A DNA stretch of 61,887 nucleotides, filler included, from Stramenopiles sp. TOSAG23-3 (taxonomy: Eukaryota): assembly GCA_900128585.1 (NCBI GenBank). It is 17 parts of 17 records of this genome, joined end to end, with 100 filler letters (N's around TTAATTAATTAA, not from the genome) between each part and the next. Parts side by side here need not be neighbours in the genome. Positions count along the whole stretch, not along the records: positions 32,940 to 36,478 come from LT644172.1; positions 36,579 to 40,114 come from LT644173.1; positions 40,215 to 43,749 come from LT644174.1; positions 43,850 to 47,382 come from LT644175.1; 13 more parts are not named here. One strand, 5' to 3'. A program made the translations under genes and the position numbers. This document shows, one piece after another, positions 33,201-45,559 of this stretch; position 1 is the stretch's first letter; each line of letters starts with the position of its first letter. The notes beneath the pieces were generated by a model, which was given only the letters and a program-made list of their open reading frames with translations, ran no database searches and was not told the DNA's origin.

Positions 33201-33644
33201 CTAAAACGCTTCTTCCGCTTCCACAAGCCCCCAAATGCGGAAGAAGTCTTCTGATCCTGCCCCCTCGAGCGTGCAATCTTGAGAATACGCAATGGTGCCT
33301 GCGGCCCTATCCAGGATGCGACCGTAAAGAAAATCGTACGCCTCCTGCCGCACGTCGTCCACCATTCCAGGATCCATAGCGTCTTCTGCCATCGCCTGGG
33401 ATCTCACGACAACCTCAGTATACGTTTCGGCACCCCTAGCCATCTCGCGGATGTCGCAGATAAGATAGTAGAACTTGTTCATGGCGTAATTGGTCGTGTG
33501 TTTCCAGATTTCCATATATCCCTGAGACTGTCCGCTTAACCCGCGCGACACTTGGCGCAGACTTCCCCAGCTTGGTGTATCAAGTTTATCGAACACCAGG
33601 CGCTTTATGTCGTCTGGAACGCTGTTGAGGCTTACCGTTTCCAT
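33201..33644 (-). CDS. Small protein with N-terminal F-box-like motif
   Basis: SLNSVPDDIKRLVFDKLD..GSLRQVSR resembles the F-box consensus. ATG 33644 is at the start of the GC-richer segment. Confidence 0.6.
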   Translation of the reverse strand: METVSLNSVPDDIKRLVFDKLDTPSWGSLRQVSRGLSGQSQGYMEIWKHTTNYAMNKFYYLICDIREMARGAETYTEVVVRSQAMAEDAMDPGMVDDVRQEAYDFLYGRILDRAAGTIAYSQDCTLEGAGSEDFFRIWGLVEAEEAF

Positions 33645-34597
33645 GTTGTATTCGGCGTAGATTTTGTGGATGTAGAGCGTGCTGTTCTTATTATTAGCGG
33701 CGGTTGATTCGAAATGATTTCTTCGTTGATGCGTAAACCTTTGCCTGATGCGGATTGAAAACAGAAGTAACTGGCTTTTCGGGACGAAACAAAAATTAAT
33801 ATGGCGGAAATATATCGAAAAGTCTAAATTTACGTTCTGTGATTTTAATTTATAATTATATTTCTTTTTTCTCCTGTGAAATGTCGTAGGTATTTCATGA
33901 ATGAAATAAACATTGTTAACTGACACCCACCAAGAAGATTTTTCCTTTCTTTTATCTCTATCTCTACCACCACGTATGGTACGGTACGTACTCCCTGTAC
34001 AATATTCTACCTGGTACCGGTACCGTACTCTCATGATCTCCTCTTCTTTTTCGTCTCAATTTTTTTTCTCTCTTTCGTCTCTTTTAGTTGTGCGTTTGTT
34101 ATTTATATTCTAATTAGTAGTTTGTTGTTATTAATCAATTCAATTCTTTTTTTTAGTTCTTTTAGTAGTTGATTGATTTTGATGCTGTGTCATTAAAAGT
34201 ATTACTGTAATTTTTTGTTTTCTTCATACATTTCTTCCAAAAAAAACCTTCCTTTTTTATTCCCCTCACTGTCTCTATAATAACTGGACTAATAATCGTC
34301 TCGTCTCGTCTCGTCTCGTCTCGTCTCGTCTCGTCGGCTTCTCCTTCTTCTTTTCTTCTTCATTCATCATCAAAAAAAAAAAAAGAAATAAAAGGAGGAG
34401 GGAGGAAGGAAGTGGGAAAAAAAGAATGAAAAATGTGATCACACAATGTGTAAACAGCAATTATTGTTCTATAACATTATTTTACAAAATGGTTCAACCC
34501 TGGGAAAAAGAAAGACATTACGAGAAACTTCCGAACAGCGAACACCCTCCAAGACTAAGTCTTACAACAAGTCGCCGTAGGCTCAGCGTATCCTCGC

Positions 34598-36478
34598 ATG
34601 AAGCGGGCACTGGCTTTTCCACGAAAGTACTACCCAGTCTGCATCGTTGGTGGGGGACCGGTTGGACTGACACTGTCCGCTCTTCTTTCGAAACAGAATG
34701 TTCCCTCTTTGCTGCTTGAACAGTCGCCGAAGATGACGGTGCATCCTCGCGCTCACTTTGTAAATACAAGGACTATGGAGATATTTCGTTCTTTTGGTAT
34801 GTCGGAAAAAGTGTACAAAGCAACGGCACCCATTGAACACTGGAGACGCTTCCGGTATTGCACTACCTTGTTGGGCGACTCGCGCGAAAGCCAACTGGGC
34901 GAAACCGATCACTTTAGCCCAAACCTCACTGAATCGTTGTCACGAATGGATGCTATAAGCCCATGTCGAGTTGCGAATCTGCCTCAGTCTAGGTTGACAG
35001 AAATGCTGTGGTCACATTCCGTGGAGCTGGGCAAAGACTTGGGATCGCACTTGCAAATGGGCGTGGAGGTCACTGGCGTGAAAACAGCAGGAACGGGGAT
35101 CGAGGTTATGGTAAAAAATGGGATGTCCGAAACGTCAAGTGTAGAGTGTGATATTTTAGTTGGTGCCGATGGGGCCAACAGTCTGGTCCGTAGAGTGATG
35201 GATGTCCCACTGGTGGATGATAAAAAGAACGGCGGAGGCGCCCTGCAGCACTTGATGAACGTCCATTTCTTCTGCCCTGATCTGTACGAACGGCACGGGC
35301 TGAAGAATCGTCCAGGAATGCTGTATTTTGTTTTCAACCCCAAAGCAGTCGTCGTGTTGATTGCGCACGACTTAGAGCACGGAGAATGGGTGGCACAAAT
35401 TCCATACTACCCTCCGCAGCAGTCCCCGAAAGATTTTTCTGATGTCGTCTGTAAGAATATGCTGGAAGCTGCGATCGGCGAGACAGGCACCCCTGTAAAT
35501 ATTGATATTAAATCCATTCACCCTTGGACAATGCATGCAAAGCACGCAGAAAATTTTCAGACGAAGGATGGTCGGGTATTTTTGATCGGAGACGCCGCGC
35601 ATCAATTCCCCCCAAGCGGAGGTTTTGGAATGAACACAGGGATACAGGATGCGCACAATTTGGCGTGGAAAATTAGACAGACAAACCCAAAGCCGTGGTC
35701 CGAAGGGTTTGCGGAGGGCAACATGGCGCTTGGTTTGGATACGCATTTGTTGAAAACGTACGAGCAGGAACGTATGCCCGTCGCGAAGGCGAACAGTGAG
35801 TTGAGCCTTTACAATTTTAACAGTGCGATGCAAATTCCAAAGGCCCTCGGCTTATCCCCAGAAGTTGCAAACACAGTGTCGTCTATCATGGCAAACAGCC
35901 CGGTTTCCCTCTTACCGAGAAGCATGCAGAAGGGAATGCTTGAGGGTGCAATGTCTCTTGGATTGCAGCAGATCAACTACCTCGGCCCGAAAGCAGACAA
36001 CTATTTGTCCCGGCACTGCATGAAGCGCGTCAGCAATGTTTTGAAAGAAGGGCGGGGATTGCATCTTTTGTTTCCAGCCTACGAATTAGGGTTTCACTAT
36101 CGGCAAACGCAAACTGAAGCAATTGGTGAAGATAATGCTCCAGGAGCGTCCCCGAACCCCCAAAAACTTCTCCCGGGCATTTCGAGAGATTACCACCCAT
36201 CAACTGCACCGGGGGCTCGATTCCCACACTTTCTTTTGGATTCCCTAGACGACGAGCGGGAAACCAAGTCCATTTCTTCGATTGACCTTGTTGCCGAAAA
36301 CATGGAAAAATTCATCCTTTTCTACGATACCACCGTTTCAGCGATGCCGTTGCCTAAACCAGACCTGCTTGATATCTGCCACTTTGTCCCGTTTGTTCTC
36401 GGGACCGACATTGGTGAGTTGGACACCTATTTAGACCAAGACATTGAGGGTATTGCATCCACCCACTTTGTTTGCCAA
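34598..36478 (+). CDS. FAD-dependent aromatic monooxygenase (phenol/dichlorophenol hydroxylase-like; 3' partial)
   Basis: IVGGGPVG, VGADGANS, FLIGDAAH..PPSGGFGMNTGIQDAHNLAWK, PGARFPH. Confidence 0.92.
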
Positions 36479-36579
36479 NNNNNNNNNNNNNNNNNNNNNN
36501 NNNNNNNNNNNNNNNNNNNNNNTTAATTAATTAANNNNNNNNNNNNNNNNNNNNNNNNNNNNNNNNNNNNNNNNNNNNA

Positions 36580-36651
<72 letters not shown>

Positions 36652-36974
36652 AAAATATATTACGGAGTACATGTACCGGTACGTCCGTATAATACGAACT
36701 TCTTAAATAATAAATCATCATATCTCCTCCTCCTCCATCCATCCAAAAAAAAAAAAAAAAAGAAGAAGAAGAAGAAATGATTTTATTTTAACTATTAGTG
36801 CAATTTTTTAAATAATTCAATTTCCAATTTCCATTGCAATTTCCGGTTTAACTTTAGATTTAATGTGATGGTAACCTATCATTCATTCACTTGCTCGTTT
36901 GTATTTCTCCGTTTTCCTGGTTTGTTTTAGATTTTTTGTTTTCTGTTGTTGTTGTTGTTGTTGTTGTTGTTGGG

Positions 36975-38243
36975 ATGTCTGGAGAGAGTTGGCAAATAAA
37001 GGAGTGGGCGAATGATTTGGTCCGGTGCGTTACCTCGGCCTTCTACACGGACGACGTTGTTGCAGTGATGGAGCTTATGATTAGGGAGAACTACATCACG
37101 TTGTACTCCCAGGACTTCCTTTACTACCAAAAGGCGTGCAAGGAACGTCTGAAGACGAGGACGGAGACTTGGATGCGGGAAAGGCTCAACACGCTCTGCA
37201 ACGACCACATGGTCCAACGGGACAAATACGACAAGCGGGACTACTACTACATTGACTACGAGTACTTTGTCAACGTCTTAAAGTACAGGATACGCCTGAT
37301 GGAGAAAGAGGTGAAGAAGAACCAGCGGTCCATGTCCAATTTTCAAAACTACGTTTGCAGCCTTCGCTGCCACGAAAAGTTGTACACGGACCGCGACGTT
37401 GCCAAGATCGGGTCGGAAAAGTGCCCAAAGTGCCGCCCGAAAGGGCGCCTGGTGCCGCAGGGCGTCACGCGGGCGGTGAAGCGACAGATCGGGCTCATTT
37501 CAAAAATGAGGACGCAGCTCCAACCCATTCTGGAGCTGCTGGGCCGTTTGAAAGGGAAGAAGCTCGACACCCTTCAGGTTTCCCCGTCGCAGCTGAAGGC
37601 GCGGGAGATCGACCTCAAGACCAAGCACAACATTAGAACGGCGGACGAGGAGCACCAGCTCCGTGAGATTAGCAAAGGGACGAACAGCAACTACACCCGG
37701 GCCACGACGAACTTTGCCGCGTCCATCGGCGGGGAAGACCGCTTCATAAACGTGAACTACGTCACCCCGGAGGAGCTGGAGAGGGCGGCCAAGAACAAGC
37801 GCCAAAAGGTGGGCCCGGCCGCAACCGTCAAGAACACGACCGTGCCGAAATTCCTCCACAAAAGCGCCATCACGAAGCGACAGGTGTACGGGACGGACAC
37901 GTCGGCGGGCGCGGCCCCGGGGGCGTCCGGCCCGAACGGGGACGGCGGCACGGCCGAAAGCCTGAAAGACGAGGACGCAGAGATGAAGAAAGTCGACGCG
38001 GCAATGTTCGGCGGCGCCCCCGTCGTTGCCACTGTCGACGAGATGGCCGCTGGGGTGGCCGTGGTAAACGAAGGGACGGGGGAGGGCACGGTGTACATGA
38101 AGGTTGGCGGGGTTGATGTCGAGTGGGGCAAAGTGGATGCGGACGACCTTGACGATGAACAATACCAGGAATACCAGCGCTTGGGCCGGGAGAATGGGCT
38201 GTTGGCGGGAGAGGACGACAGCGAATCGGACGATGACTTTTAA
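36975..38243 (+). CDS. GTF2E1: Transcription initiation factor IIE alpha subunit
   Basis: LVRCV..AFY, YYYIDY..FVNVLKYRI, Zn ribbon C..C...CPKC, QLQPI..LL, acidic C-terminus. Confidence 0.82.
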   Translation: MSGESWQIKEWANDLVRCVTSAFYTDDVVAVMELMIRENYITLYSQDFLYYQKACKERLKTRTETWMRERLNTLCNDHMVQRDKYDKRDYYYIDYEYFVNVLKYRIRLMEKEVKKNQRSMSNFQNYVCSLRCHEKLYTDRDVAKIGSEKCPKCRPKGRLVPQGVTRAVKRQIGLISKMRTQLQPILELLGRLKGKKLDTLQVSPSQLKAREIDLKTKHNIRTADEEHQLREISKGTNSNYTRATTNFAASIGGEDRFINVNYVTPEELERAAKNKRQKVGPAATVKNTTVPKFLHKSAITKRQVYGTDTSAGAAPGASGPNGDGGTAESLKDEDAEMKKVDAAMFGGAPVVATVDEMAAGVAVVNEGTGEGTVYMKVGGVDVEWGKVDADDLDDEQYQEYQRLGRENGLLAGEDDSESDDDF

Positions 38244-38462
38244 ACGCGCGGCACTGTCCGTATATTTTTTAATTAAATAAATTTTTGTTATTTCTTGTTC
38301 TTTTTTATAAATATTTACATTTTTCACGTTTCACAGATCTCTCTTTGTTGTGCTTTGTTGTTACAGAGATTCGAAGTCTTTGGTGTTTTGGTAAGAACGT
38401 GTAGAGCTGCGCCTACCGACGTCATCGGAAGACTCACCCTTGTCCCACCACGCTCTACTACA

Positions 38463-39303
38463 TCAATCGTCGCTGTCGCCGTCGCTCCCGTCCAGAAATT
38501 CATCCCACATGCTTCCCCCTGCCGGTGCGGCACGGCGCTCTGTCCGCGTAATATTCTTCAAACGTGGTTTGCCGTACGCGTCTCCCCGGGGATTCCGGTT
38601 GGATACCGGCCTCTCGGAAAGGGCGCGGCCAGAAACCGTCCCGTCGGTGCTGCTGCTGCGAACGTCAGGGACGACGGACCGTTTCGATGCCTCTGCAGCG
38701 CTACTGTGATGTTTGCTATTTGCCTCCACGCGACGATTAGTCCGTCGCCCCCTGGGCTTCTTCGGAGCCTTCCCGCTGGGCCCCGCCGCCGCCGTCGCTT
38801 TCTTTCGTTTGCGGGTCGCCTTTTTCGAAGGGAGGGAGAGGACGTATTTTTTTTCCCCGTCCTCGTCGTCGTCGTCGCTCCAGCCGTCCCTTCCCGCGCC
38901 TTCGCCGTCGTCGGACAGAAATTCGTCCCACTGGGACACCGCCGATTGTTTCCTTCCGGGCATAAATGCGTCCTCTGTCCAGTCGACATTCTCGTAGTTG
39001 TCAAAATTAACCTCCTGGGCCAACGGCTGCGCCCCCCCAGTGCGCCCCTCCCGAGCTCGACCCTTCCTCCACGACCGTCGCCGCGGCTTTCGCCTCCGTC
39101 TTCGCCTTCGCCATCTCGCCCGCCTTCCGGTTGTACTTTTGAACCACCCCTCGGCATTCTTTGGCCTTCGTGCTAGTGGCGTAGGCAGTTCGTACGGACT
39201 GCTTGGCGCTGCACACCCTGCAGTTAAACTTGTTCGACTTTGGCTTTTGTATAACTTGAAACATTTCGCACTGAAAGCACCGGACTGCTATGTACACTGG
39301 CAT
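38463..39303 (-). CDS. MRNIP: MRN complex-interacting protein-like, apparent frameshift near 39035
   Basis: AVRCFQCEMFQV.Q..KSNKFNCRVC..KQS..AKECR..VQ.YN. A second frame continues with two S.WDEFL motifs. Confidence 0.75.
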
Positions 39304-40777
39304 CGTCGTTGATGCAAACGAGAGGGGGGCTGAAAGTGGGAGTGGCTGTTTCTGTAGTCTACTGCGTTTCCCAAAGCAGTAGAAAGAATGGGATAGAAAA
39401 CATTCTATCACACCGCATAATGAATACTTCAAAGGAATTGGTTAAAAAACTTAAGAACAAAAACACACCACTGTCTAGTTAATCAGTCGTCTATGAAATG
39501 GCAATCAAGTTTTTAATTAATTAACAATCGTCATCATTGAACAAGAAGAAGAAAGAAGAAGAAGAAGAACCAATAATAATTTCAATTTATTATTATTATT
39601 TTTTTTTTCAACAATTATAATTCTTCAACAACAAAATAAAACCCTAACCCTAACCCTTATTATTACGACTTTCATTTTTTATATATTAAATAGGTGTTTT
39701 ATTGTATACTAATTATTATACTCTTTAAAAAATGGCGGCAAAGAAAGAAGAAAGAGGCAATTATTAATTATAGTCTAAATATGTATATAAGTATATATCT
39801 TACCTATTATATGCTATCAGAGGGAAAGGGAAAGGCGCGAAATTATTAATAAATAAATGAACAACCCACTACAACAGTATAAAAAGTAAATAAGAAGTTT
39901 ATACAGTACTACGTAGTATAGAGTATTATTATAAATAAAAATTAAAAAAATATTGAAATTAGAATTCATTAACAGGGTAATAATAAGGAAAGGGAAGAAG
40001 AAGAAAAAATTTAATAGAAAAAATAATAAAAAAAGGAAAGAAGAAGAAGAAGAAGAAGAAGAAGAAGAAGAAGAAGAAGAAGAAGAAGAAGAAGAAGAAG
40101 AAGAAGAAGAAGAANNNNNNNNNNNNNNNNNNNNNNNNNNNNNNNNNNNNNNNNNNNNTTAATTAATTAANNNNNNNNNNNNNNNNNNNNNNNNNNNNNN
40201 NNNNNNNNNNNNNNTGTTTCCGTTGCCTTCTTCCCGCCTTTTCTCTTCCGGCCGTCACGGCGACCACCGCTACTGCTCATGTTGTAATCGGATTAGCAAT
40301 GGATAGATGTTTTGCTTGAACACAATTGACGAACTGTAGTCGTCTGTTTACTTATGTTAGACCTCTTCTTTCTCTCTCTCTTTGTTTTATCAACACTGAC
40401 TAAGAAGTAAATAGATTTTTTCCCGTACTACTTTTAGAGACATACTGGTAATAGAAGAAGAAGAAGAAGAAGAAGAGACAATAATAATATTATTACTTAT
40501 TATTATTATTATTATCTTCTTCTGTCCCTACTATATATATTGTACCTGGTACAACAATTTACAACAAGATAATCATCATCTTGTAAATTATTGTTGTTGT
40601 AGTACATTGTTGTTTGTACAATAGTACCGTAATAGTGCATGGAGGATACAGAACTAATTAGAATTTGTTTTTCCATTTGTTGAACAGTTAGATTTTGGGT
40701 GGCAAAAAGCCGTGAGCGTCTACATTGTTAAATAGTGTCTCTCTGTAAAACGCTCCCAAACTCACCGAGAACAAAAC

Positions 40778-41296
40778 ATGCTTCGTTTACTCTCCCGTTC
40801 CGCACCAAGATTTGCTGCATCGTTTCGCTCTGTTCACACAGAAGCAAAGCTTGCAGAACTGGGTCACACACTCCCTGCTGTCAATCCACCGAAAGGATCT
40901 TATGTTTTAGCAACACGTTCTTCGGATGGTAAAACTTTATACACGGCGGGGCATTTACCACAACCAGCAGATGGTGAACTTGTTACAGGTAAGATTGGTG
41001 TAGATCTTACTGTTGAAGAGGGTAACCAAGCAGCACAACTCGCCGGCCTCAGTTTACTTGCAACGCTGAAACACGAACTTGGCGATTTGGACAAAATTAC
41101 TCGTGTGGTGAAAGTCGTTGGGTTTGTTAACTGTGCTGATGGTTTCTCTCAACAACCTGCCGTGATCAATGGTACGTCCGACCTATTTTTTGAAGTCTTG
41201 GGTGATCGTGGTGTTCACTCACGCTCTGCTGTGGGAACCAATGCATTGCCATTGAACGCAGCTGTTGAAGTTGAATGTGTGGTAGAAGTTGAATAA
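40778..41296 (+). CDS. RidA/YjgF/YER057c family protein with probable mitochondrial presequence
   Basis: LP..PKGSY, YTAGHLP, RVVKVVGFVN, VINGTSDL, HSRSAVG..LP..AVEVE. Confidence 0.92.
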   Translation: MLRLLSRSAPRFAASFRSVHTEAKLAELGHTLPAVNPPKGSYVLATRSSDGKTLYTAGHLPQPADGELVTGKIGVDLTVEEGNQAAQLAGLSLLATLKHELGDLDKITRVVKVVGFVNCADGFSQQPAVINGTSDLFFEVLGDRGVHSRSAVGTNALPLNAAVEVECVVEVE

Positions 41297-41429
41297 AACA
41301 AATAGTCAACCAGACACGACGAAGTATCAAACGTTATAAAGTAAAACACACACATTATTTAACATTTTTGAAAGGAGAAGTTCTATATACGTACCTACAA
41401 AGGTAAGTACAGGAACGGTAAGAAGTACT

Positions 41430-43749
41430 TCATACACCGTCGTCGTGGACTGCGTTTTGGACCATCATGTTCACTTCGCCACTCTCCATATCGACTTCCC
41501 AGGCTTGGTCTCCTCCCATGTAATGCTCCGATGTGCGATTAAGCGACGAATGAAAAGAGACCCCCGTCATTTTGCAGGCAGCGTTTCTTGAGATTCGCAC
41601 ACCAGAACGTTGCACCCATCGCAGTCGCTGCAACAAATTAATACAGTCCTCTTTCAGAACTTCGTTGCATCCGCGTTGAAGCTCCAAAAGCAGGCGATAG
41701 TCGGAGACAAACTTTGCGAGGTGATCGCGAAGCCCCGGAACTTTCATCTTGTCTGGAATTTGCCGAATCAGCTTCGAAGGGTTTGCGATGGTGGAGCCAA
41801 CGTCTTGGAGCAGCCCACTGACATACTTGGTGTTGGTCAGACTTTTCGATATCAGCTGCTCCCAGAGCGCATCGTCGTGAGATTCTTCGATGAACTCGAT
41901 GGCCTGTTTCACGTCTCCTATTTTATCAATAATTAGTGACAGGGCTTTCTGGGTATTTCCGAGTCGTCGCAGAATGTATACCATCTCTTTGTACAACGGT
42001 TTCTCTCTCTGCTCGCAGTCCTTGTAGGCCTTCTCCATGGAGTACAGGTTGCTGTTCTTCAAAAAAGGCAAGAGGGCCGCGCACGTAACACTCAAGGCCC
42101 CCAACGTAAACGGCTGTGCGGTCTTGCTGGACTTCGTCGGGACCGCCACGACATTCACCGTGCCGATGCTGTCCCCTTTGACGGCACCAACGCCCTCGTG
42201 GCGGTCGATCTCTGCGGCAAGGAACGTTGTCGCACCGTCCAGCCCCACGGCACCCTCGACCTTGCATTGGTACGCCTTGTCGTTGAAAGTGTACTGGATC
42301 ACGTCGTTGTTGCTTATCCAACCGCGCAAGACGATAGTCTCGACCTGTGCCCCTCCCCCGGAGGCGGGTTCGGTCGAGTGAGACACGATGGAGGCCGCTT
42401 GGGCGTACAGGGACACCTGCAGCCCGTGCCATGGTTTGTAGTCCACCGTGTTGTAGATCTTTTTGCGTCGCTCGAAGAGGTGGTGCAAATACTTCAGTAG
42501 CAAGCAGGAGTCGTACATTTCGAGCTGTTTCGCGACGGCATGGATGGATAAAACGTCGACGGGCGCCTTCATCAAGAGGGTCAGTGCCCGCTTCTCATCG
42601 ATTTTCATCAAATTTGCGACACGAGGGGGCTGCTGCTGCTGCTGCTGCGACGGCTGCGTCGAGAGCACTAATTTATGGAACAAGTTCCTCTCTTCAATGT
42701 ACCCAAAAATGTCGATCGGCAACGGCGTTGATGCTATGCCCTTCAGGTCTTGCCGCGGGTAGTCCAAGTAGAGCGCAATTGCCAGCTCTTCTTCCCCACT
42801 GATCATGTACAGGTACGAGAGGGTTTCTCGTAGCACCATTGACCCGCGGCGATCCAGCACGGCCCTTACCTTGGCAATTACTATGATCATATTGTACAGA
42901 GGCGCTTGAGTGTTGGGATCGTCGCCGTTCGTTCCCGGTTCGCCGTCGCCTTTGCCCGGTGCACTTCCCGCCCGTCGGTCCGGGGTGGACCACTTGGATA
43001 TGAGGTCCCGGAAGCCCACATCGTCGCCTTCGTCCAAAAACGCGGCCAGGATCATTTCGTACGTGGACTGCTCCAGCTGGACGTCCACGCCTGGCACGTA
43101 CGGTCCGATTTCCCGCAGCTCGCCCGCTTTCGCAAACAGCAATACTGACTGCTGCCACATGTCTCTGTCTTTCCTCAGCAGCCTGGTGCAGAGGGATGCC
43201 GCGGTCCGAAACTGCTTCTCTTTTACCAAATGTCCCAGGTAGCGGGTCGCGAGCATTTGGTACTGGGCGGGAGGCAACGGGGGCTCCGCGTGCTCGGCAA
43301 TTTCCAGGGCCTTTTCGTACTGGCCGTGTTCCAACGCCCACTTAATGTGGTCGTCCACGGTGCGCGGCGTTGCCACTACGATGTCCTTTGGGGAAATAAT
43401 GTACAGGGACGGCAGTACGGGTAGCTCGGCCTCTTCTTCCACCGTGGACTGGTCCTGCGGCTCTTCCGTCTGGTTGCCACGATCGCTCTCGAGGCTGTAG
43501 TCGAAGGCGTTGCACATTTCGTACCCAAAAACGGGGAGCATGTCGCAGCACCGCTGGTCGCCAGTCTCGCGCTCCAGTATTCGAAGCTCCGGTCGACAGA
43601 CCCCGCCGTCGCCGTCGGAGTCGGAGTCGTCGCCCTCGCTCTCGCTGGCACTGCGCCCCTCCGAGCACGTCAGCAAACAGATGTCTTCCCCGTACGGGGC
43701 GATCCCGCAAATCAGCGAGCGGACGTAGTGCACCGAGGTGATTCGCCCA
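41430..43749 (-). CDS. VPS41: HOPS subunit VPS41 (5' partial)
   Basis: RPELRI, YIISPKDIVVA.PR..DDHIKW, LLPFLK.S..Y..EKAY..C, EMVYIL.RLGN..AL..II..DVKQAIEF..D..LW..LI. Confidence 0.9.
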
Positions 43750-44204
43750 NNNNNNNNNNNNNNNNNNNNNNNNNNNNNNNNNNNNNNNNNNNNTTAATTA
43801 ATTAANNNNNNNNNNNNNNNNNNNNNNNNNNNNNNNNNNNNNNNNNNNNTTTTTTTTTTTTTGTCTGTCTGTCGTCGTCTGTCTAGTTTTTTTGTCGTCT
43901 ACGTAAAACTTACAATTTCATCAAGTAGTGAAACTGTATCTGCAATTACGTGGGCCATTTCAAGTTTATTTAACTTTGACGGATAAACGTCTATTCTAAA
44001 CCCACATTGAGAAACTATTGGTCTGGTTGTAATTGGAAATATACAGCTTTGTCCCAAGGGAACTACAGTTAAGTTCGGGAACGACCTAGTGGGGAGTTGT
44101 AGTGAGCTGCTGACGCTGACGCGTGTCGGCAGGCAAACTTTTGGGCTCAGTGCTCTTGTCGACAAATTTGTGTAGACCTTTCGTATCACTTACTGATAAA
44201 TTCT

Positions 44205-44471
44205 ATGGACCAGAAAACTAGAGATTTCAACAACGCTTTAATTGCGATATTGATAATAACGCTAATAGTAATTCTCTGCGCTGTCGCCCTAAGGCATGTG
44301 TTCGGTGACCACGTCGCGGGAATTGTCCCCGACCCAGAGCCCCAACAACAATACGTGAGCCAAATTCTTATTGACCCACCAGCAAAGCAACCAAGCGCAT
44401 CCTACGCTGTTCCAGATTTCTTAGACCATGGAACGTCTCCGGGACAAGGGGGTTCCGTGTACAGTGAGTAA
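44205..44471 (+). CDS. Small single-pass membrane protein, paralog A (intronless)
   Basis: ALIAILIITLIVILCAVALRHVFGDHVAG; similar to the downstream ORF. Confidence 0.65.
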   Translation: MDQKTRDFNNALIAILIITLIVILCAVALRHVFGDHVAGIVPDPEPQQQYVSQILIDPPAKQPSASYAVPDFLDHGTSPGQGGSVYSE

Positions 44472-44932
44472 TTGTCTTGTCGGGTGTTTCAACATATTGT
44501 TTTACTGGAATATATTCGTTGGGTTTTATAATTAAAACGAATTTCTGCTGCTGCGGGTCGTCTGTTGTTGTTGTGTCCTCTGTCCTCTGTGTGATTTTTT
44601 CAACAAATATATTTATTATTATCAATTAACAAAAAAAATTTAAAAAAAAGCTGTTGTTTTGTTTGTTCTTGGTGGTTTTGTTGTTGTTATTTATTATTTC
44701 GAGAAGAAAGAAATGGCAAGTTGATCGTTGAAAAACACCACAGTTGCCAAAAATTCCGAAAATGTTTGTTGCACGAGTTTAAATTCGCCAAGATTGCGGG
44801 CCTGGCTACTTTGCACATTAAAAGACAAAATCTCATCGGCGCGTATGTACGCGTATATCGTACAGGGTGTGATTGATTGAAGTAGTAATCTAGACGCAGG
44901 TGGGTTGGATCATTGGCTATCTCGTTGGGAAG

Positions 44933-45244
44933 ATGTTCACTCCACTGCTCCAGACCTCTGCCAAGGACACAGACATTTTTATGGCGCTGGTTGTAATTTT
45001 GATAATCGCTGCGATCGTCCTTGTCTGCGCTGGTGCCCTTCGATATGTATTTGGAGACGTAAGTTGTTTTCAGAGAGCACCTTTGTTTATTCAAAAAGTG
45101 AACATTTTTAACACATTTTTCTAAACCTTTAAGCACGTGGCTGGTCTCGCACCAGAAGCCAAACCACAGTATAGAACAGAGCTTGAGCAATATAACCACG
45201 AGCCGTCCACAGCATCGCAAAATTACAGGACAAGCTCCTACTAA
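44933..45244 (+). CDS. Small single-pass membrane protein, paralog B, with intron 45059-45133 (true start may be further upstream)
   Basis: Spliced product reads ALVVILIIAAIVLVCAGALRYVFGD|HVAG; GTAAGT donor and TTTAAG acceptor. Confidence 0.65.
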
Positions 45245-45508
45245 GAATACAAAAATGGCCAAAAAAAATCAAGTAGTTGCTTCTTTCTGCCTTAGCTGTT
45301 TTCAGTGGGATAAGAAAGAAAAAAACTGCTGTGAAAAAGCAAATTTCGTATCGGTCCTTCAAATGATGCCCCGTATTTAATCTTCGCAAATGTACATATA
45401 TTTAATTGCGCGCGGGAAAATTTATTAAAATCTAAATGGGAAGTCATTCGATAAGAGCTTAAAATATAACTTTAAAAAAGTTAAATTTTGCTAAAAATTA
45501 ATGGTGAA

Positions 45509-45559
45509 TATGACGAAGCTAAATTTAATTACTTAAATAACAGCCAATTTTCTTGTTTT
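45509..45559 (-). mobile_element. 51-bp copy of the dispersed repeat flanked by a 15-bp direct repeat (TSD-like)
   Basis: Matches 24717-24767. AAAATTAATGGTGAA at 45494 and 45560. Confidence 0.8.

Noticed and set aside
39638..39658. AACCCT x3 telomere-like tract
   Set aside because: Too short and internal. At most a telo-box-like motif, not a chromosome end.
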